Shown in pieces: positions 56,401 to 64,000 of a stretch of DNA of 64,000 nt. The notes beneath the pieces were generated by a model. The model did no database searches. It had not been told where the DNA came from and saw nothing but the letters and a program-made list of their open reading frames with translations. Source of the stretch: Eledone cirrhosa (Eukaryota); assembly GCA_964016885.1 (NCBI GenBank), contig OZ024748.1:37324001-37388000 (forward strand). The letters are read 5' to 3'. The translations under genes were made by a program, and so were the position numbers. Position 1 is the stretch's first letter; the number at the start of each line of letters is the position of its first letter.

Positions 56401-59400
56401 AGTGTCAGTGTTAACTACCTCTAGATCTAGTATGACAATGTCAGTGTCAGTGTTAACTACCACAAGATCTAGTGTGACAATGTTAGTGTCAGTGTTAACT
56501 ACCTCTAGATATAGTATGACGATGTCAGTGTCAGTGTTTACTACCTCTAGATCTAGTATGACAATGTTAGTGTCAGTGTTAACTACCTCTAGATCTAGTG
56601 TGACAATGTTAGTGTCAGTGTTAACTACCTCTAGATATAGTATGACAATGTTAGTGTCAGTGTTAACTACCTCTAGATCTAGTATGACAATGTTAGTGTC
56701 AGTGTTAACTACCTCTAGATCTAGTATGACAATGTTAGTGTCAGTGTTAACTACCTCTAGATCTAGTGTGAGAATGTTAGTGTCAGTGTTAACTACCTCT
56801 AGATATAGTATGACAATGTCAGTGTCAGTGTTAACTACCTCTAGATCTAGTATGACAATGTCAGTGTCATGGTTAACTACCTCTAGATCTAGTGTGACAA
56901 TGTTAGTGTCAGTGTTAACTACCACTAGATCTAGTATGACAATGTCAGTGTCAGTGTTAACTACCTCTAGATCTAGTATGACAATGTTAGTGTCAGTGTT
57001 AACTACCACTAGATCTAGTATGACAATGTCAGTGTCAGGGTTAACTACCTCAAGATCTAGTGTGACAATGTTAGTGTCAGTGTTAACTACCTCTAGATCT
57101 AGTATGACAATGTTAGTGTCAGTGTTAACTACCACTAGATCTAGTATGACAATATCAGTGTCAGGGATAACTACCTCAAGATCTAGTGTGACAATGTCAG
57201 TGTCAGTGTTAACTACCTCTAGATCTAGTATGACAATGTCAGTGTCAGTGTTAACTACCTCTAGATCTAGTATGACAATGTTAGTGTCAGTGTTAACTAC
57301 CTCTAGATCTAGTATGACAATGTTAGTGTCAGTGTTAACTACCTCTAGATCTAGTGTGACAATGTTAGTGTCAGTGTTAACTACCTCTAGTTATAGTATG
57401 ACAATGTTAGTGTCAGTGTTAACTACCTGTAGATCTAGTATGACAATGTCAGTGTCAGGGTTAACTAGCTCTAGATCTAGTATGACAATGTTAGTGTCAG
57501 TGTTAACTACCATTAGATCTAGTGTGACAATGTTAGTGTCAGTGTTAACTACCACTAGATCTAGTATGACAATGTCAGTGTCAGTGTTAACTACCTCTAG
57601 ATCTAGTGTGACAATGTTAGTGTCAGTGTTAACTACCACTAGATCTAGTATGACAATGTCAGTGTCAGTGTTAACTACCTCTAGATCTAGTATGACAATG
57701 TTAGTGTCAGTGTTAACTACCTCTAGATATAGTATGACAATGTCAGTGTCAGTGTTAACTACCTCTAGATCTAGTATGACAATGTCAGTGTCAGTGTTAA
57801 CTACCACAAGATCTAGTGTGACAATGTTAGTGTCAGTGTTAACTACCTCTAGATATAGTATGACAATGTCAGTGTCAGTGTCTACCAACTCTAGATCTAG
57901 TATGACAATGTTAGTGTCAGTTTTAACTACCTCTAGATCTAGTGTGACAATGTTAGTGTCAGTGTTAACTACCTCTAGATATAGTATGACAATGTCAGTG
58001 TCAGTGTTTACTACCTCTAGATCTAGTATGACAATGTTAGTGTCAGTGTTAACTACCTCTAGATCTAGTGTGACAATGTTAGTGTCAGTGTTAACTACCT
58101 CTAGATATAGTATGACAATGTAAGTGTCAGTGTTAACTACCTCTAGATCTAGTATGACAATGTCAGTGTCAGTGTTAACTACCTCTAGATCTAGTATGAC
58201 AATGTCAGTGTCAGTGTTAACTACCACTAGATCTAGTATGACAATGTCAGTGTCAGTGTTAACTACCACTATATCTAGTATGACAATGTCAGAGTTAACT
58301 ACCTCTAGATCTAGTATGACAATGTCAGTGTCAGAGTTAACTACCTCTATATCTAGTATGACAATGTCAGTGTCAGTGTTAACTACCACTAGATCTAGTA
58401 TGACAATGTCAGAGTTAACTACCTCTAGATCTAATATGACAATGTCAGTGTCAGTGTTAACTACCTCTAGATCTAGTGTGACAATGTTAGTGTCAGTGTT
58501 AACTACCTCTAGATCTAGTATGACAATGTTAGTGTCAGTGTTAACTACCACTAGGTCTAGTATGACAATGTCAGTGTCAGTGTTAACTACCTCTAGATCT
58601 AGTATGACAATGTCAGTGTCAGTGTTAACTACCTCTAGATCTAGTATGACAATGTTAGTGTCAGTGTTAACTACCACTAGATCTAGTATGACAATGTCAG
58701 TGTCAGTGTTAACTACCTCTAGATCTAGTATGACAATGTTAGTGTCAGTGTTAACTTCCTCTAGATCTAGTATGACAATGTTAGTGTCAGTGTTAACTAC
58801 CTCTAGATCTAGTGTGACAATGTTAGTGTCAGTGTTAACTACCTCTAGATCTAGTATGACAATGTCAGTGTCAGTGTTAACTACCTCTAGATCTAGTATG
58901 ACAATGTCAGTGTCAGTGTTAACTACCTCTAGATCTAGTAAGACAATGTCAGTGTCAGTGTTAACTACCTCTAGATCTAGTATGACAATATCAGTGTCAG
59001 TGTTAACTACCTCTATATCTAGTAAGACAATGTCAGTGTCAGTGTTAACTACCTCTAGATCTAGTGTGACAATGTCAGTGTCAGTGTTAACTACCTCTAG
59101 ATCTAGTATGACAATGTCAGTGTCAGGGTTAACTACCTCAAGATCTAGTGTGACGATGTTAGTGTCAGTGTTAAATACCTCTAGATCTAGTATGACGATG
59201 TCAGTGTCAGTGTTAACTACCACAAGATCTAGTGTGACAATGTTAGTGTCAGTGTTAACTACCTCTAGATATAGTATGACAATGTCAGTGTCAGTGTTTA
59301 CTACCTCTAGATCTAGTATGACAATGTTAGTGTCAGTGTTAACTACCTCTAGATCTAGTGTGACAATGTTAGTGTCAGTGTTAACTACCTCTAGAGATAG

Positions 59401-62400
59401 TATGACAATGTCAGTGTCAGTGTTAACTACCTCTAGATCTAGTATGACAATGTCAGTGTCAGTGTTAACTACCTCTAGATCTAGTATGACAATGTCAGTG
59501 TCGGTGTTAACTACCACTAGATCTAGTATGACAATGTCAGTGTCAGTGTTAACTACCACAAGATCTAGTGTGACAATGTTAGTGTCAGTGTTAACTACCT
59601 CTAGATCTAGTATGACAATGTCAGTGTCAGTGTTAACTACCACTAGATCTAGTATGACAATGTCAGAGTTAACTACCTCTAGATCTAGTATGACAATGTC
59701 AGTGTCAGTGTTAACAACCTCTAGATCTACTATGACAATGTCAGTGTCAGTGTTAACTACCACTAGATCTAGTATGACAATGTCAGAGTTAACTACCTCT
59801 AGATGTAATATGACAATGTCAGTGTCAGTGTTAACTACCTCTAGATCTAGTATGACAATGTCAGTGTCAGTGTTAACTACCTCTAGATCTAGTGTGACAA
59901 TGTCAGTGTCAGTGTTAACTACCTCTAGATCTAGTATGACAATGTCAGTGTCAGTGTTAACTACCTCTAGATCTAGTGTGACAATGTCAGTGTCAGTGTT
60001 AACTACCTCTAGATCTAGTATGACAATGTTAGTGTCAGTGTTAACTATCTCTAGATCTAGTGTGACAATGTTAGTGTCAGTGTTAACTACCTCTAGATAT
60101 AGTATGACAATGTCAGTGTCAGTGTTAACTACCTCTAGATCTAGTGTGACAATGTCAGTGTCAGTGTTAACTACCTCTAGATCTAGTATGACAATTTTAG
60201 TGTCAGTGTTAACTATCTCTAGATCTAGTGTGACAATGTTAGTGTCAGTGTTAACTACCTCTAGATATAGTATGACAATGTCAGTGTCAGTGTTAACTAC
60301 CTCTAGATCTAGTATGACAATGTCAGTGTCAGTGTTAACTACCACAAGATCTAGTGTGACAATGTTAGTGTCAGTGTTAACTACCTCTAGATATAGTATG
60401 ACAATGTCAGTGTCAGTGTTTACTACCTCTAGATCTAGTATGACAATGTTAGTGTCAGTGTTAACTACCTCTAGATCTAGTGTGACAATGTTAGTGTCAG
60501 TGTTAACTACCTCTAGATATAGTATGACAATGTCAGTGTCAGTGTTTACTACCTCTAGATCTAGTATGACAATGTTAGTGTCAGTGTTAACTACCTCTAG
60601 ATCTAGTGTGACAATGTTAGTGTCAGTGTTAACTACCTCTAGATATAGTATGACAATGTCAGTGTCAGTGTTAACTACCTCTAGATCTAGTATGACAATG
60701 TTAGTGTCAGTGTTAACTACCTCTAGATCTAGTGTGACAATGTTAGTGTCAGTGTTAACTACCTCTAGATATAGTATGACAATGTCAGTGTCAGTGTTAA
60801 CTACCTCTAGATCTAGTATGACAATGTCAGTGTCAGTGTTAACTACCACAAGATCTAGTGTGACAATGTTAGTGTCAGTGTTAACTACCTCTAGATATAG
60901 TATGACGATGTCAGTGTCAGTGTTTACTACCTCTAGATCTAGTATGACAATGTTAGTGTCAGTGTTAACTACCTCTAGATCTAGTGTGACAATGTTAGTG
61001 TCAGTGTTAACTACCTCTAGATATAGTATGACAATGTTAGTGTCAGTGTTAACTACCTCTAGATCTAGTATGACAATGTTAGTGTCAGTGTTAACTACCT
61101 CTAGATCTAGTATGACAATGTTAGTGTCAGTGTTAACTACCTCTAGATCTAGTGTGAGAATGTTAGTGTCAGTGTTAACTACCTCTAGATATAGTATGAC
61201 AATGTCAGTGTCAGTGTTAACTACCTCTAGATCTAGTATGACAATGTCAGTGTCATGGTTAACTACCTCTAGATCTAGTGTGACAATGTTAGTGTCAGTG
61301 TTAACTACCACTAGATCTAGTATGACAATGTCAGTGTCAGTGTTAACTACCTCTAGATCTAGTATGACAATGTTAGTGTCAGTGTTAACTACCACTAGAT
61401 CTAGTATGACAATGTCAGTGTCAGGGTTAACTACCTCAAGATCTAGTGTGACAATGTTAGTGTCAGTGTTAACTACCTCTAGATCTAGTATGACAATGTT
61501 AGTGTCAGTGTTAACTACCACTAGATCTAGTATGACAATATCAGTGTCAGGGATAACTACCTCAAGATCTAGTGTGACAATGTCAGTGTCAGTGTTAACT
61601 ACCTCTAGATCTAGTATGACAATGTCAGTGTCAGTGTTAACTACCTCTAGATCTAGTATGACAATGTTAGTGTCAGTGTTAACTACCTCTAGATCTAGTA
61701 TGACAATGTTAGTGTCAGTGTTAACTACCTCTAGATCTAGTGTGACAATGTTAGTGTCAGTGTTAACTACCTCTAGATATAGTATGACAATGTAAGTGTC
61801 AGTGTTAACTACCTCTAGATCTAGTATGACAATGTCAGTGTCAGTGTTAACTACCTCTAGATCTAGTATGACAATGTCAGTGTCAGTGTTAACTACCACT
61901 AGATCTAGTATGACAATGTCAGTGTCAGTGTTAACTACCACTATATCTAGTATGACAATGTCAGAGTTAACTACCTCTAGATCTAGTATGACAATGTCAG
62001 TGTCAGAGTTAACTACCTCTATATCTAGTATGACAATGTCAGTGTCAGTGTTAACTACCACTAGATCTAGTATGACAATGTCAGAGTTAACTACCTCTAG
62101 ATCTAATATGACAATGTCAGTGTCAGTGTTAACTACCTCTAGATCTAGTGTGACAATGTTAGTGTCAGTGTTAACTACCTCTAGATCTAGTATGACAATG
62201 TTAGTGTCAGTGTTAACTACCACTAGGTCTAGTATGACAATGTCAGTGTCAGTGTTAACTACCTCTAGATCTAGTATGACAATGTCAGTGTCAGTGTTAA
62301 CTACCTCTAGATCTAGTATGACAATGTTAGTGTCAGTGTTAACTACCACTAGATCTAGTATGACAATGTCAGTGTCAGTGTTAACTACCTCTAGATCTAG

Positions 62401-64000
62401 TATGACAATGTTAGTGTCAGTGTTAACTTCCTCTAGATCTAGTATGACAATGTTAGTGTCAGTGTTAACTACCTCTAGATCTAGTGTGACAATGTTAGTG
62501 TCAGTGTTAACTACCTCTAGATCTAGTATGACAATGTCAGTGTCAGTGTTAACTACCTCTAGATCTAGTATGACAATGTCAGTGTCAGTGTTAACTACCT
62601 CTAGATCTAGTAAGACAATGTCAGTGTCAGTGTTAACTACCTCTAGATCTAGTATGACAATATCAGTGTCAGTGTTAACTACCTCTATATCTAGTAAGAC
62701 AATGTCAGTGTCAGTGTTAACTACCTCTAGATCTAGTGTGACAATGTCAGTGTCAGTGTTAACTACCTCTAGATCTAGTATGACAATGTCAGTGTCAGGG
62801 TTAACTACCTCAAGATCTAGTGTGACGATGTTAGTGTCAGTGTTAAATACCTCTAGATCTAGTATGACGATGTCAGTGTCAGTGTTAACTACCACAAGAT
62901 CTAGTGTGACAATGTTAGTGTCAGTGTTAACTACCTCTAGATATAGTATGACAATTTTAGTGTCAGTGTTAACTATCTCTAGATCTAGTGTGACAATGTT
63001 AGTGTCAGTGTTAACTACCTCTAGATATAGTATGACAATGTCAGTGTCAGTGTTAACTACCTCTAGATCTAGTATGACAATGTCAGTGTCAGTGTTAACT
63101 ACCACAAGATCTAGTGTGACAATGTTAGTGTCAGTGTTAACTACCTCTAGATATAGTATGACAATGTCAGTGTCAGTGTTTACTACCTCTAGATCTAGTA
63201 TGACAATGTTAGTGTCAGTGTTAACTACCTCTAGATCTAGTGTGACAATGTTAGTGTCAGTGTTAACTACCTCTAGATATAGTATGACAATGTCAGTGTC
63301 AGTGTTTACTACCTCTAGATCTAGTATGACAATGTTAGTGTCAGTGTTAACTACCTCTAGATCTAGTGTGACAATGTTAGTGTCAGTGTTAACTACCTCT
63401 AGATATAGTATGACAATGTCAGTGTCAGTGTTAACTACCTCTAGATCTAGTATGACAATGTTAGTGTCAGTGTTAACTATCTCTAGATCTAGTGTGACAA
63501 TGTTAGTGTCAGTGTTAACTACCTCTAGATATAGTATGACAATGTCAGTGTCAGTGTTAACTACCTCTAGATCTAGTATGACAATGTCAGTGTCAGTGTT
63601 AACTACCACAAGATCTAGTGTGACAATGTTAGTGTCAGTGTTAACTACCTCTAGATATAGTATGACAATGTCAGTGTCAGTGTTTACTACCTCTAGATCT
63701 AGTATGACAATGTTAGTGTCAGTGTTAACTACCTCTAGATCTAGTGTGACAATGTTAGTGTCAGTGTTAACTACCTCTAGATATAGTATGACAATGTCAG
63801 TGTCAGTGTTTACTACCTCTAGATCTAGTATGACAATGTTAGTGTCAGTGTTAACTACCTCTAGATCTAGTGTGACAATGTTAGTGTCAGTGTTAACTAC
63901 CTCTAGATATAGTATGACAATGTCAGTGTCAGTGTTAACTACCTCTAGATCTAGTATGACAATGTTAGTGTCAGTGTTAACTACCTCTAGATCTAGTGTG
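46400..64000. repeat. Variant domain C of the array (tandem blocks of 2688, 2388, 2016, 3672 and 4386 bp; boundary approximate)
   Basis: Markers first seen here: GGGTTAACTACCTCAAG (about 46425), AGTTATAG (46903, 47029, 49591, 49717, 52987, 55375, 57391), TGAGACGAT (47203, 49891, 53161, 55549), ATGTAAGT (47423, 50111, 58121, 61793). Confidence 0.8.

Larger units (their letters stand above)
1..64000. repeat. 42-bp tandem satellite/minisatellite array, about 1,530 head-to-tail copies, open at both window ends
   Basis: Consensus ATGACAATGTYAGTGTCAGTGTTAACTACCTCTAGATCTAGT recurs continuously in one orientation. Most copies differ at only a few positions, and a minority are 36 bp through loss of one hexamer. 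No non-repeat interval was seen. Confidence 0.99.

Noticed and set aside
20-61795. Giant Ser/Thr-rich mucin or serine-rich adhesin gene on the + strand
   Set aside because: There are no unique termini, signal or anchor motifs and almost no Pro. Common variants are non-synonymous, and nonsense alleles were copied with blocks. Two distinct stop alleles are roughly compatible with neutral expectation (7 of 126 possible changes).
47029-63609. Five - strand ORFs as a tandem gene family
   Set aside because: Their starts are variant GTG codons and their stops are mostly copies of one variant (AGTTATAG). The boundaries follow duplication blocks.
1-64000. CRISPR array (palindromic repeat of similar length)
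   Set aside because: Units abut directly with no unique spacers, leader or cas genes.
1-64000. Telomeric repeat, plasmid iterons or origin (GATC-rich), or transposon ends (TTAA/CTAG sites)
   Set aside because: There are no G-rich telomere motifs, rep or transposase genes, terminal inverted repeats or insertions. The short sites are simply parts of the monomer.
1-64000. Pure sequencing/assembly artefact or synthetic concatemer
   Set aside because: Hierarchically shared variants, private SNVs and the absence of random 1-bp indels look like real evolutionary history. Copy numbers of individual blocks still need read validation.
1-64000. tRNA, rRNA, ncRNA genes, promoters, terminators or strand inversions
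   Set aside because: No non-repeat sequence or reverse-orientation monomer was seen, and the palindromes are too short and lack U-tracts.

Overview
The whole 64 kb window is one uninterrupted head-to-tail tandem array (satellite/minisatellite) of a 42-bp monomer, consensus ATGACAATGT(C/T)AGTGTCAGTGTTAACTACCTCTAGATCTAGT (about 38% GC, no CpG), roughly 1,530 copies, running off both ends. I see no unique sequence, inversion, RNA gene, transposon or CRISPR spacer. The monomer is 7 degenerate hexamers rich in palindromes (CTAGATCTAG, TGACA-A-TGTCA, GTTAAC), and every indel I found is a 6-bp loss, so phase is kept throughout. This gives giant antiparallel ORFs: the + strand (MTMSVSVLTTSRSS)n of the track, and a - strand (VVNTDTDIVILDLE)n frame open over 1..46902 that the track omits. 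A third frame, (NYLQIQYDNVSVSV)n, is open over 1..47202 only if TAA/TAG encode Gln. The ORFs are most likely by-products of repeat structure, because the monomer is stop-resistant and common variants are non-synonymous. Rare variants reveal nested duplications (126/252 bp, 2.0-2.7 kb, about 6.6 kb, 16.6 kb) and three variant domains. The best reading is eukaryotic satellite DNA with higher-order structure. The sequence alone does not demonstrate a new gene system. All counts and offsets were read by eye.
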